33,544 nt of DNA, taken from a virus. Its lineage: Duplodnaviria; Caudoviricetes. Below are positions 8,571-18,708 of the stretch, in pieces (positions within the stretch are counted from its first letter, which is position 1; every line of letters starts with the position of its first letter). Position numbers and translations under genes: made by a program. Location of the stretch: IMG/VR virus record IMGVR_UViG_3300033145_000237, positions 1 through 33,544 of that record. One strand, written 5' to 3'. The notes beneath the pieces are model-generated. The model was not told the DNA's origin. It saw only the letters and a list, made by a program, of their open reading frames with translations, and did no database searches.

Positions 8571-8943
8571 CGTTATCTTCCAAATAAGTCATTATGGTAT
8601 CGAGTATGAAAGTCTCTAAAGTATCATTACTAACTTTCATACCATCGGTTGTATCTCTTAATTGTATCTTCAAATTGTCATAAGCTTTAATTACCGCTGG
8701 TTTAAGACTATCCATTGTGTTACGATAGTTCTTTGCAATAGCACGCTTCCTAATATATCTCGGAAATTTCTTAGCCCAGTCGAGCGTTCTCTGATTAACT
8801 TCAGGACTGATGCTTAATTGTGCAAGAGATTTGGCAGCTTGTTCAATAGTTATATTACCGCTTTTTTGTAACCTCAATATCTCATCTATGTAAGAGTTTT
8901 TATCTAACGATTCTTTTTCTATAGGTTCTATTTTACTATCCAT
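8563..8943 (-). CDS. Hypothetical protein
   Basis: 126-aa ORF overlapping both neighbours in the operon. Confidence 0.7.
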   Translation of the reverse strand: MDSKIEPIEKESLDKNSYIDEILRLQKSGNITIEQAAKSLAQLSISPEVNQRTLDWAKKFPRYIRKRAIAKNYRNTMDSLKPAVIKAYDNLKIQLRDTTDGMKVSNDTLETFILDTIMTYLEDNDE

Positions 8944-9310
8944 AATACCCCAATGTTATTAGCCATACAGTTCTCTTTATAATACGCTTTATGATATACC
9001 AAATTGAGCCTATTACTAATCTTAATGTCATTACAACAACAAGGCCACTCGTTAATTTTTTATATACTTTCTTTGTAGTAAGAGAATTTAAAGCTATAAA
9101 TAACTGATGTACTATTGATTTCTCTATGATTTTTTGTCTCTTACTTTCTATGCGAGCTAACACTATCTTCTTATAATATTTTGGGAACTTCATAAGATGG
9201 GCTTTATGTTCAGCATCAAGTTTATTTACTTTATCGACATTGAACTTAGCAATAGATTTATTGCCAACTTTCTTAATCATTCTATTTATTATTTTTTGTT
9301 TATCTATCAT
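8936..9310 (-). CDS. Basic protein with hydrophobic C-terminal segment
   Basis: 124 aa, Lys-rich, possible transmembrane segment GLVVVMTLRLVIGSIWYII. Confidence 0.6.
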   Translation of the reverse strand: MIDKQKIINRMIKKVGNKSIAKFNVDKVNKLDAEHKAHLMKFPKYYKKIVLARIESKRQKIIEKSIVHQLFIALNSLTTKKVYKKLTSGLVVVMTLRLVIGSIWYIIKRIIKRTVWLITLGYYG

Positions 9311-9326
9311 TTACTCATCTGCTTTC

Positions 9327-10991
9327 TTATGGGAATGTACAAGTAGTACCTATCGTCAACCACTCTACACCTGACCACTGCAAAGCAATCCAATCGCTTG
9401 TAGCATCAAATGTAACTACTTCTGGGTCTGATGTTGCATGATGATCAATAGTAAGTGTACTCGAATTTGTTGCATTACGCATACTAATTACAATAATCTG
9501 CCCAATATTAGAGCCGTCCGCTAAGGTTGCAGCAACAGCACCACCAAAAGAATTGATGACATTATTACATGTCGGTTCACATGCAAGGGCGGAAACCGTA
9601 ACTTCCTTCCCAACACCAACATTTGTGTTACCTGTAACAACATTTCCTTCTATTCTATTATTATAGGTACTCTGTACATCTATAGCATTGCCCATAGTAC
9701 CAGATGTATGTATGTAATTATCTATAATCGTATGGTGTGCACCATAAATCTGCATACCTTTATAACCACTGTTTACATTCAATACTCTATTGCCTGCAAT
9801 AATACAACGGTTACAATATGGCGAATTATAAGTGAAATATATGCCATTTAAACCACCTCCACGCATGTCAACTGTATTACCTGAAATCACACTATAATTT
9901 GTTTTAATAAATTGCATACCAATATAAGTGCATGCAATTACCTTATTATCTTTTATTGATAAATTTTGATTTCCACCAAAGAAATTTATACCTAAATACC
10001 AACCTTTAATATAATTATCTTTTACAACACCATAATTGTATGTTTCAGAACTATTAACATATATACCATTATTCATTGTTAAATCTGCTGTACTGGCGGA
10101 AGTTTCAATTATGTTACCACTTATGATAAAGTAATTATCTGTTGCTTCATGTGCTATACCTCTTGATTGTGAATAAGGAGAAGAAGTAAGTATATTGTTA
10201 TTCAATACTCGACTACTACCACTTAAACTACCACCGTGAAATAATATAGAATTATATAAAACATCTACAATATGACAATCTTGTATTAAAATATTATCTG
10301 TTCTTAGGATACGAATACCGTTTAAATAGTAGTCCGTTTTCTCTGAACCATCGTCTGTCATACCATTTTCTGCCCCGTCAGCAGGTTCTAACTCGTCCCA
10401 TTGACCATCAATATTTATACCATCCAATGTAATAAATTTGGTATCCGTTGATTTATTACCTACAAATACAGCATCGTAAACGACTACAACATCACTACCT
10501 ACTGCATAAGTAACAGCAAGATTCCCTGTTTCAGAGGAAAAATAACCTTCTCCTAATGTTATTACATTATCAGTAATTGAAGCCACCCTTCTTACATTAC
10601 AATGGGCATTATCTGAAATTCTAATATACATACCAGCTTCAAAGCCACTTCCATCAGCAACTGTAATCGTAGAAGCATCAACAGCAGGCTGTACAGCTAA
10701 TGTAGTTTGAGCTTGATTAACATTGATAACAGCGTTTTTGTCCATCGTAAAGATGCTCTTGCTGTAAAGTACATGAATAGAATTGTAAATTTCATAAGTA
10801 CCCTTAGCAAGATGAACATGAACTCCATTAGAAGCAGAAGCAAATGCACTATTTATTTGTACTTCGTCTGATAATCCGTCACACTGGTAATCTGCTACTT
10901 CTTTATCAGAATTAGACGAGTCAGAAGCAGCTACAACTAAATGAGTAGTTCCACCAACATTTCCATAATTATATCTATTTTTAATGCTCAT
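9327..10991 (-). CDS. Pectate-lyase-like beta-helix tailspike
   Basis: VVAASDS...ADYQCDG-x2-DEVQIN-x-A...VHL-x-KGTY helix cap, many I-x-GN-x-I/V repeats, small C-terminal beta domain. Confidence 0.85.
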   Translation of the reverse strand: MSIKNRYNYGNVGGTTHLVVAASDSSNSDKEVADYQCDGLSDEVQINSAFASASNGVHVHLAKGTYEIYNSIHVLYSKSIFTMDKNAVINVNQAQTTLAVQPAVDASTITVADGSGFEAGMYIRISDNAHCNVRRVASITDNVITLGEGYFSSETGNLAVTYAVGSDVVVVYDAVFVGNKSTDTKFITLDGINIDGQWDELEPADGAENGMTDDGSEKTDYYLNGIRILRTDNILIQDCHIVDVLYNSILFHGGSLSGSSRVLNNNILTSSPYSQSRGIAHEATDNYFIISGNIIETSASTADLTMNNGIYVNSSETYNYGVVKDNYIKGWYLGINFFGGNQNLSIKDNKVIACTYIGMQFIKTNYSVISGNTVDMRGGGLNGIYFTYNSPYCNRCIIAGNRVLNVNSGYKGMQIYGAHHTIIDNYIHTSGTMGNAIDVQSTYNNRIEGNVVTGNTNVGVGKEVTVSALACEPTCNNVINSFGGAVAATLADGSNIGQIIVISMRNATNSSTLTIDHHATSDPEVVTFDATSDWIALQWSGVEWLTIGTTCTFP

Positions 10992-11038
10992 TTCAATTAA
11001 ACCTTAATATAAATTTCATTTTTGTCAAGTAAAACATT

Positions 11039-11326
11039 CTAAGGATTCCGCTTCCATATAGCTATAATATAAGCTATAACAGCAAATATAACAAATCTAA
11101 CAGTCTCTACAACAGCACTAACAATTGGTCTACGCCAGGTAGCTTTAGTCTCTTCATGCTCTTTAAGGTGAGACTCAAGGGCTTCGCAAGGTCTTTGTGG
11201 CGCAGGTGGTATCATATTAAATCTCATCTTTATTACTTCAATGTCAGTCTTAGTAGAAGCAATGTCTAAACCCATTTTATCTAACTTGTCATAAATTCTG
11301 TTTAAATCGCATGTGTTGTTTTCCAC
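11039..11326 (-). CDS. Small membrane protein (holin-like candidate)
   Basis: 95 aa, GTG start after AAGGGA; coiled-coil N-terminus, one C-terminal transmembrane segment and basic tail. Confidence 0.5.
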   Translation of the reverse strand: MENNTCDLNRIYDKLDKMGLDIASTKTDIEVIKMRFNMIPPAPQRPCEALESHLKEHEETKATWRRPIVSAVVETVRFVIFAVIAYIIAIWKRNP

Positions 11327-11337
11327 GTTGTTCCCTT

Positions 11338-14300
11338 TTATCGTTTTTCCGGTTCATTTTCAAACCACTTAATTTGGTCAATAGCCCTTACTGGTATTCC
11401 ACGTATTACTAAGAAGTCTTTTAATATCTTTGGCAGGTTTTCTTTAAATGCTTTAGTTGACTTTTTATCGCCTCTGTATTTACCACTGCTAATATACTCA
11501 TCATCAAACAAATATCCTATTCCAGTAGCAATGCCGCCTATATGTCTAAAGATACTACTAATAGTCATCATTCCAACAGTAGAAAAAGATGGGGTAAAAG
11601 TATTTATCCCCATTGCTTTCATTGCATATTTCTGTGCAGGATAACCCACTATCGGTAATATTGATAATGGTGCAGTTACCATTTCAGCTAATATTTCTTT
11701 TGCCTCTTTCTTCTTACCAAGTGCAGCACCAATAAATGTCTGAACTAAAACTTTAGTAATAGATGCCAATACGAGAGCATTAGCAATATTAGTAACACCT
11801 CTTTTTTTAGATATTTGACCGTATCTCATAAGTGCTATTTGCCTTGCAGGTATTCTAAGTAATTGCTCTACGAAACTTCTAAATACAAAAAACTCTCTCA
11901 ATAGTGCATTGTCAGAATTAGCATAACTTGACTTATTTTCAGGATTAAACATTGGTTGCGTAAGAGTCGCTAACCAGTCAGCCCTATCGTTAAATGCGTC
12001 CCAGAATTCTTGTGTTCCATATTCAAGCTGTGATGGGTCTACACCGTAATCCTGCCACCAACTAAGAGCTAAGCCACTAAGGTTACTATCGCTCATTTCT
12101 GACATTGTTATCTTAGCAGCCCTTGTAATACCATACATATCGCCTTTGTGTAGAGGTGCTAATTGGACATCAGTAGATGTTCCTTTACCAGTAACCATTT
12201 TTCGTATACCACTGTGAGAGACAATAGAAGACTGGTTGCTTTTGCCAGATTCTCTAATTTGTCCCATTGTCCAGTTTGCCATTACATCACTATATATAGA
12301 CGAATTCATTGGTAATACAGCAGTTTTCATATATTTAAGTTCTGTCTCTGTGTGATATAACATTATAGATAATGGCTGTACACCAATTACTTGTAATCCT
12401 GTTAATATATTTTTGCGAACATTAGATGACAGTTTGCTAAATAATCTAACTATTTTAGATTGAGGCATCATAACATCTCTCTGTGTTGCCTTTATTCTAT
12501 TATTGAAGTCATCTACTAAATCTGATTGTCCTGCTTTTTTCATCGCGGCATTAAAACTTGTAGAATTAGATAGCATTCTTAATTCCATAAGTGTTTCAGT
12601 TCCACCTGCAAAATTTGAAACAACTCTGATATCTTCTGCAAGTACTTGAAATACATCTCTAATGACTACGTGCCTATTACTCGATGTCCTTGATTTTAAT
12701 GCGCCATTTTCGTCTACAATAGATTCTCTTACAAATTGAGTACCAGTAACACCCTTTTCAGGTACATACTCTACATGCCACCTATCTTTAACTGTAGCTA
12801 TATCTATTCCGTGTAATTTACGGCTTGTCTGATTAAGTAATTTTTGAGAAACTGAAACTATCTTTTCAAGTGCGCCGATATATTTCATTGCAGATGGGTT
12901 GGTCTCTACAATCGTAATCATTTTTCTAATTGTATCTTCGTTTATCTTACCAACTTCTCTGAATTCCATTCCCTTTTTAGCAGTTCCAATACCATTCTTT
13001 ACTGCTTGACCAAACCAATATTGGTCTCCCGAACCCATATAGAAACTAATCAATTCTGCCATAGTAAAATCAACAGAAGTATTCCCAATTTTGAAAGTAT
13101 AATTTATTACATTGCTACCAAATTTGTCCTCTATCTTCTGACCAAGTTTGCTTTCAAAGAAACTCATATCATCAGACCATGTACTTAACTCATCAATTCC
13201 TATCTCATTTGCAACTTCTTGCTGTATGTTTTCGAGAGATAGCATTATCTTGTTAATTTTTCTTCTCATTCTCATAACTTTAAGATTGATTCCAAAGCCT
13301 TCTTTACCCCAGATTTTAGTCGCTAACGTGTAAAAATCATCTTTTCCAGAGCCTAATAAAGAATTATAAAGCGTTTTAGCAGTACCAGAACGAGGTATTT
13401 CATCATTTATCTTATACTTATCTTGGAACTTTATATTGGCTACATGGTAGTCTATAAAAGCTTTTGCTGTTCTTAATTGTTGGGCATCGATGAGTCTATT
13501 ATATGTTTGTGCGTTTTTAAGATATTGTCTTATAGACGAGTTTAGGTCTGTTATCTCCTCTGCTGTCATTTCTTGAAGTCTCTGGGCATCTATATTCTCA
13601 AGACTTTTGAGTAATGACTTTGGCATTAAAGCTACTGCAATTTTTTCAGATACTATATCACCTGTATTTTTTCTTATACCGTCAAGATAAGTTTTAGAAC
13701 GTTTAAGAGCATTGATTCTTTCACTTGATAATAGAGAATAACCTTTCATCAACTCTGAAATATCATTATAAATATGAGCCGGAATACCACCATCTCTTCT
13801 ACGTAATTTAGAAGCACGATTTACCATACTCCTAATCTTTTTGTATTCAGCAATAGCGTTAATTTGATGTTGCTTATCAGATACTGCTATGATATATGAA
13901 ATAGCCTCCATTCTCTGTTTGTCATTCTTAGCTTCTGATAGTCTTTTAAGAATCGCATTACGCTGCCTGTTATTAATTGACACTTCCTTCAATATCTTTT
14001 TGGCCTGGATATATATATCTTTATGTATTGCAAGTATATGCTTAGCACCATTAATAGCAGCTTGTCTCATGGTATTTGATTTACCCAAAACCTGTGAGAT
14101 AAGGTTATTAAATGTGGTTGTAAGTATCATTTCAGAGTCTGGTACTGCTTCTGCAAGAGTATCCGGCGTTTGTGCAGCATTCATATCTCTTGACATTTGT
14201 TGTGCTTCTTCACGTTCCATTCCAGACTTTATCTCTTTTTGAGTATTCCAGTCGATTACCGAATATTTACCATCTTCATTCTGAAATACGCCATAACTTG

Positions 14301-16587
14301 GTGCAGCATCTATCAATTCAGATATTTCTGTATTTGTGTCTGGTGTCTTAACATCTAATGTATTGGATAATTGCTTGGTTTTAACATTGTCATTAGGAAC
14401 ATCCTGCTTCGCGGAGGCGGCGTATTGCTCTAATAACGATTTATTATAGACAATTAAATATTGCTCTCCAGTTTTATCTACAATTGTCCCGTCAATTCCA
14501 TTTTTAACCATTATATCAACAAATGTTTCAGGGTTTTGGTGATAGCTTATTTCTGCCCAAATTCCTATTAACTGGTCAAACGCTGTTTCTTCTTCCATAA
14601 TCGTATCTATAAGCAACTGCTTTCCATGTTCAAAATCTTCCGCCCAATTACTTGCAGCTAACTCTACGGTTTCTGCATCAAATGAATCAATTATTTTTTC
14701 TATTTTCGTTCTATCCAACGGAGCAGTCTTTTGGTCAATAAATTTTTCAGTAGGAATATTACGTTCACTTACATTTTTACCAAAACCTTGAGCAGTCTTT
14801 TTATTTGTTGTGAAATAAACACCAGGTCCTTCAGCAAATATACCACCTAAATCTTTTATATTTTCACCCATTGCCCTATTGAGGTCAAATTGAGAAGGGT
14901 CAATCTTTACGGAATCACCCCTAAATACTTTAATTTCACCCCCACGAACGCCCTGCTTCGCTTCTAAGGGCTTTTCTTTCGCACCCACCCCATTGGTCTC
15001 AGTTCCTTGCGTTTGTACGTCAGACTCAGTCTGTGTGAGCAGGTTTTCGCCAGTTCCTAATCCTTTACCAAAAGTCTCATTTTTAGATACCTCTTGTAAA
15101 TCATTCCATGCTTGGATTACCTTTTCGGCAGCAGCAGACTTATTACCAGACTTTATATCATTATTTAATTCAACAGTCGTACCTACTGATGTCATTATAA
15201 ATGACATAAAAGCAGTATCTCTTGCTAATCTAATAACCCTATCAGTTATTTCGTTCCAGTTTAAAGTGCCATCTTCATTATATGGTACTTGCTTACTGAG
15301 TATAGTAGAAACTACCTCTTGTGGCAACTCCTCCATAAATATTTCTTTGAACATATTTTTGGTCATTGTGCCAGCAATTCCAGCAAGTTTTTTGCCAAAT
15401 GTCTTAGGTAGATATTTAGTAGCACCACCGCCGGCGGATTCTAAAGCACCATTTATTACACCACCAATAAAACCTCTAATCTTAGCCTCTCCATCTGGAA
15501 TGCCTTGTGATATAGAGTCGTGATATATGCCAGACCCCTCATAAGCAGCTGATGACAAAAATATGGCAGCAGTAGAACCTCCTGTTGCGATAGATGATAC
15601 AGTTGCAAGAGATATATATGGTACGTTTTGAAATAGAGAATTAGTCATTTCGTCAAATGCACCATTAGCTTGAGAATGCAAATCAGGGTCGTCAAGTGCT
15701 TTATGCCAAGCATGAGACATTTGTGCTAAACCATCTGATGTTTCCGCCATACTCTTAGAATGACATATCTTACCGGCAAGACCAATTACATTAGAAGCTA
15801 TATCCATAGCAGCAATATCTATTCTTGCACCACCACTTTCAAATGCTCTTATCTTTTTTGTCCATTGACTTTGAGGTTCAAGTATTCTTTCTTTTTGCTT
15901 TTGTTCCCAGTTTTCAAACTTGCGTATCTTATCTTGTCTCTGTTCTAATAGTTGAGTATATCTTTTTATCTTAATTTTAGATTTTTCTTTTTCTGTTTCA
16001 GCAGAAGAATACTCGTCAAAGAACTCTTGCTTTTCAGGGTCAGAAGACCAATAAGCATTAGAATACATAGTGTACATAGCAGAACCCTCATTAGCTATAT
16101 TCTGGTCTATGTTCTTATACCACTCATCTATATCAGGTGCTTTAGCTGCAAGCTCATCTATCTTTTCGTAGTATTTGTCAAGGTCTATCTGATTCATATT
16201 TATATTTTCAGATTTTATCTTATCAATAGCCTTAGCTTCTTCTTCTATTTGCTTGTTAATCATCTCTGTATTGTATTTTGGCTTTACACTAAATGGCTTA
16301 GAAGTTTCATATAAGTCCATCAATACTTTGTTATCGTCTGCGTCTTTCCCGTATGCTTGTTCAATAATATGCGGCATAAACTCATACGCAGTACCAACAT
16401 TTGTCATGTAAGTTTCTGCTAATTTACTTGCAATTAGAACTTTCGTAGGTGACATGTTTTTAGATAAATGACTTTTATCAACCATATCATCAGGCGATAT
16501 ACCAGCTTTTAATCTATCAGCAACAGTTTTATTGTAACTAATTAAATTATCTTGTCTTATTCTTAACTGTATTCTGTTTATTGCCAT
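11338..16587 (-). CDS. Large internal virion/DNA ejection protein with an ADP-ribosyltransferase-like domain
   Basis: 1749 aa; third of three ejection-type genes; G/A-rich hydrophobic helices; VFRG...GPGVYFTT...GIDG...YLIVYN segment at about 14420-14940. Confidence 0.75.
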   Translation of the reverse strand: MAINRIQLRIRQDNLISYNKTVADRLKAGISPDDMVDKSHLSKNMSPTKVLIASKLAETYMTNVGTAYEFMPHIIEQAYGKDADDNKVLMDLYETSKPFSVKPKYNTEMINKQIEEEAKAIDKIKSENINMNQIDLDKYYEKIDELAAKAPDIDEWYKNIDQNIANEGSAMYTMYSNAYWSSDPEKQEFFDEYSSAETEKEKSKIKIKRYTQLLEQRQDKIRKFENWEQKQKERILEPQSQWTKKIRAFESGGARIDIAAMDIASNVIGLAGKICHSKSMAETSDGLAQMSHAWHKALDDPDLHSQANGAFDEMTNSLFQNVPYISLATVSSIATGGSTAAIFLSSAAYEGSGIYHDSISQGIPDGEAKIRGFIGGVINGALESAGGGATKYLPKTFGKKLAGIAGTMTKNMFKEIFMEELPQEVVSTILSKQVPYNEDGTLNWNEITDRVIRLARDTAFMSFIMTSVGTTVELNNDIKSGNKSAAAEKVIQAWNDLQEVSKNETFGKGLGTGENLLTQTESDVQTQGTETNGVGAKEKPLEAKQGVRGGEIKVFRGDSVKIDPSQFDLNRAMGENIKDLGGIFAEGPGVYFTTNKKTAQGFGKNVSERNIPTEKFIDQKTAPLDRTKIEKIIDSFDAETVELAASNWAEDFEHGKQLLIDTIMEEETAFDQLIGIWAEISYHQNPETFVDIMVKNGIDGTIVDKTGEQYLIVYNKSLLEQYAASAKQDVPNDNVKTKQLSNTLDVKTPDTNTEISELIDAAPSYGVFQNEDGKYSVIDWNTQKEIKSGMEREEAQQMSRDMNAAQTPDTLAEAVPDSEMILTTTFNNLISQVLGKSNTMRQAAINGAKHILAIHKDIYIQAKKILKEVSINNRQRNAILKRLSEAKNDKQRMEAISYIIAVSDKQHQINAIAEYKKIRSMVNRASKLRRRDGGIPAHIYNDISELMKGYSLLSSERINALKRSKTYLDGIRKNTGDIVSEKIAVALMPKSLLKSLENIDAQRLQEMTAEEITDLNSSIRQYLKNAQTYNRLIDAQQLRTAKAFIDYHVANIKFQDKYKINDEIPRSGTAKTLYNSLLGSGKDDFYTLATKIWGKEGFGINLKVMRMRRKINKIMLSLENIQQEVANEIGIDELSTWSDDMSFFESKLGQKIEDKFGSNVINYTFKIGNTSVDFTMAELISFYMGSGDQYWFGQAVKNGIGTAKKGMEFREVGKINEDTIRKMITIVETNPSAMKYIGALEKIVSVSQKLLNQTSRKLHGIDIATVKDRWHVEYVPEKGVTGTQFVRESIVDENGALKSRTSSNRHVVIRDVFQVLAEDIRVVSNFAGGTETLMELRMLSNSTSFNAAMKKAGQSDLVDDFNNRIKATQRDVMMPQSKIVRLFSKLSSNVRKNILTGLQVIGVQPLSIMLYHTETELKYMKTAVLPMNSSIYSDVMANWTMGQIRESGKSNQSSIVSHSGIRKMVTGKGTSTDVQLAPLHKGDMYGITRAAKITMSEMSDSNLSGLALSWWQDYGVDPSQLEYGTQEFWDAFNDRADWLATLTQPMFNPENKSSYANSDNALLREFFVFRSFVEQLLRIPARQIALMRYGQISKKRGVTNIANALVLASITKVLVQTFIGAALGKKKEAKEILAEMVTAPLSILPIVGYPAQKYAMKAMGINTFTPSFSTVGMMTISSIFRHIGGIATGIGYLFDDEYISSGKYRGDKKSTKAFKENLPKILKDFLVIRGIPVRAIDQIKWFENEPEKR
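14403..14961. repeat. 10-bp direct repeat CCTGCTTCGC (14403-14412 and 14952-14961) flanking the ART-like domain
   Basis: Read directly; offset 549 nt = 183 codons. Confidence 0.8.
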
Positions 16588-18134
16588 GAAGAACTTTCAG
16601 TAATGTACGTATCTCTATCCCATTTTTCTATTAAGTCATTCACGTTCGACATATCTTCGCCTGATTTTAGAAGTTCCATTAGAACATCAGCTCTCTTATC
16701 CCAATTATCTAAATCTTGAATTTCTTTAGTGAAATCTTCTGCGCCTTTATGCCACTTTCTCGACCACCAGCCACGCCACATAGATTCAGTGTTAGAGTCA
16801 AAAGCATTTGCAATATAATTATCTATCTTAATACCTTCTTCTCCAGACGATACCATAGCTTTTACATCTCTATATATTTTCTTTTCAAATCCCTTTATAG
16901 TTTCTTGAACACGAGGAACATTTTCTAACGAAACTTTAGGTATTATAGCTTTAACTGCTTTTAATCTTGACTGAACATTTGCTTTATATATATCAAAGCT
17001 TTCTTTTTGGACACCAGTTAATTTCTTATTATCTTCATTAGATTGTTTCAATGCTAAATATTGCTCTGTTGACAAACCATCTGCATAAGCATCTGTTAAT
17101 TCAGTTTGTGATAAATATTTCCCTAAATTAACCTTGTCTTGCATAAAATCATAAAGTATATCGTCTCCAACATCTAACGTATTGTTTCCTTGTCTCTCTG
17201 TTAGTTTGTCATGTGCTTCTTGTACTTGTGGACTTAAATTTTCAACATTAGTTAATGGCTGATTTTGAGAAAATGCTTGACCAATTTGTCCTGACTGTTC
17301 TTCAATATATGCTTTTGTTTTATCTGTATTCTTTTGCCTAACAGAACTAATACTTGCATCAAGAGTTCTTTCAAGTCTATATTTTTCTTCTGGATTTAAT
17401 GTAGATTTATCTATTAACTCTTTTGTTATATTATAGTTGTCCTGGTCTTGAGTTTCAGAAGCCGTACGAATAGATGAAAATATTGCATTTTTAGTTCTCT
17501 TTTTTTCACCTTTTTCTATTGCATCATTTAAAAGAGGTTCGGCAACATCTGAAGAGTATTTAGCTTCAAGTGCATCTTTTAGGTTTTCAATTGCGCCTAA
17601 AAATTTTAATGCTTCTTCTGCGGACTCCTGCCCAGGCATACTATCACTTGACGACATAGCTTCATCAAAATTAGCTGTAGCAATAATTAAAGCCTCATTA
17701 GTTTTCTGTTTAACTATTCCAGAATTAGCTCTTGCAGCAAATATTTCCATTCCTGTCTTGAGATTTACATTAGACTTTTGCTTAGCTAATTTAGTTCCCC
17801 ATTTTAATCCAGAAGTTCCTTCTGAAATCTCTTTATTGTATTCACTTAAATAATTCTTATAATTATTAGTGTCTGGGTCATTGTCTATTTTTTCTTGATA
17901 ATGTAATTCAGCAATTTTCTGTATTCTTGCAGTTTCAGCTGATGCTATTATATCATCAGCCCTCTGTGCTTTTTGCGCGAGACCAACAACTATATTACTT
18001 AATTTATTACCGAGATTAGCAGCAGCAGAAGCAAGTTCTCCTTTTCCTGTGTTTGTTCTTATATTTGTAAAGGGTGCAGACCCTACTCCTGTTGCATACT
18101 TTTCTGTACTTCTATATTGTCTTACTAATGACAT
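16578..18134 (-). CDS. Internal virion protein (position of T7 gp15)
   Basis: Helical, charged protein. Start MSLVRQY at 18134 follows AAGGA; the 18260 start would overlap the upstream gene. Confidence 0.65.
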   Translation of the reverse strand: MSLVRQYRSTEKYATGVGSAPFTNIRTNTGKGELASAAANLGNKLSNIVVGLAQKAQRADDIIASAETARIQKIAELHYQEKIDNDPDTNNYKNYLSEYNKEISEGTSGLKWGTKLAKQKSNVNLKTGMEIFAARANSGIVKQKTNEALIIATANFDEAMSSSDSMPGQESAEEALKFLGAIENLKDALEAKYSSDVAEPLLNDAIEKGEKKRTKNAIFSSIRTASETQDQDNYNITKELIDKSTLNPEEKYRLERTLDASISSVRQKNTDKTKAYIEEQSGQIGQAFSQNQPLTNVENLSPQVQEAHDKLTERQGNNTLDVGDDILYDFMQDKVNLGKYLSQTELTDAYADGLSTEQYLALKQSNEDNKKLTGVQKESFDIYKANVQSRLKAVKAIIPKVSLENVPRVQETIKGFEKKIYRDVKAMVSSGEEGIKIDNYIANAFDSNTESMWRGWWSRKWHKGAEDFTKEIQDLDNWDKRADVLMELLKSGEDMSNVNDLIEKWDRDTYITESSSWQ

Positions 18135-18144
18135 ATTATTCCTT

Positions 18145-18708
18145 TTATGGTAACGGCGTCGACAACCATTTATCTGCTTTCTTAGCCATTTGGTCAAATG
18201 ACATGCCACTATTTGTAGCTGAATTACCAACATAATACGCACTGGCAACTCCACCAGCAATAGTTCCTGCCATTCCTAAGTATCCAGCTCTTGCCATATT
18301 TTTGCCGTATTGTTTAGCGACTTGACCTTGATACCTATCGATTTCAGCACCAGATTTTAACTTCATTTCATCTATTAAACCTTTTCTTAAAATTAAAGCT
18401 CTATCAACAGCAAATTCTCCATATGTATCTGCCATTATATCTACGGATGTTCCCTCTTCTATTGAAAATCCTGATTTAGCAAATGTAGCTTTTTGGTGTC
18501 CGAGAACTGCCTTTTGTTGCTCTGCTCTACGTGCTTCGTCTATCTGTGCTTGTCGCTCTACGTTACGAGCCTCTGCTTCCTTTAGACGAGCGTTATATTC
18601 ATATATGGCTTGTTGTGCCTTGCCCTGTTGTTTGGCAGCAGTAGCGGCCTGTGCTTGCGATGAAGCTGATAGTGCTGTTGCTACGGCTATCGCAGCTATA
18701 ATCATCAA
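18145..18708 (-). CDS. Internal virion protein (T7 gp14-like)
   Basis: A/Q-rich; A-x2-YNA...G-x-Q-x-A-x2-AKSG-x4-GTS-x-DI motif; Gly-rich hydrophobic ends. Confidence 0.8.
   Translation of the reverse strand: MMIIAAIAVATALSASSQAQAATAAKQQGKAQQAIYEYNARLKEAEARNVERQAQIDEARRAEQQKAVLGHQKATFAKSGFSIEEGTSVDIMADTYGEFAVDRALILRKGLIDEMKLKSGAEIDRYQGQVAKQYGKNMARAGYLGMAGTIAGGVASAYYVGNSATNSGMSFDQMAKKADKWLSTPLP

Noticed and set aside
11001-11028. TTGACA-16 nt-TAAGGT possible internal promoter for the spike gene (- strand)
   Set aside because: The -10 match is poor and doubles as the RBS; not supportable.
13006-16314. Several + strand ORFs (60-176 aa) opposite the 1749-aa gene, and similar antisense ORFs across the late arm
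   Set aside because: Antisense shadows of long coding frames with no RBS or motifs.
18135-18260. 42-aa N-terminal extension of the 560-aa ORF
   Set aside because: Overlaps the upstream gene; a good RBS supports the ATG at 18134.
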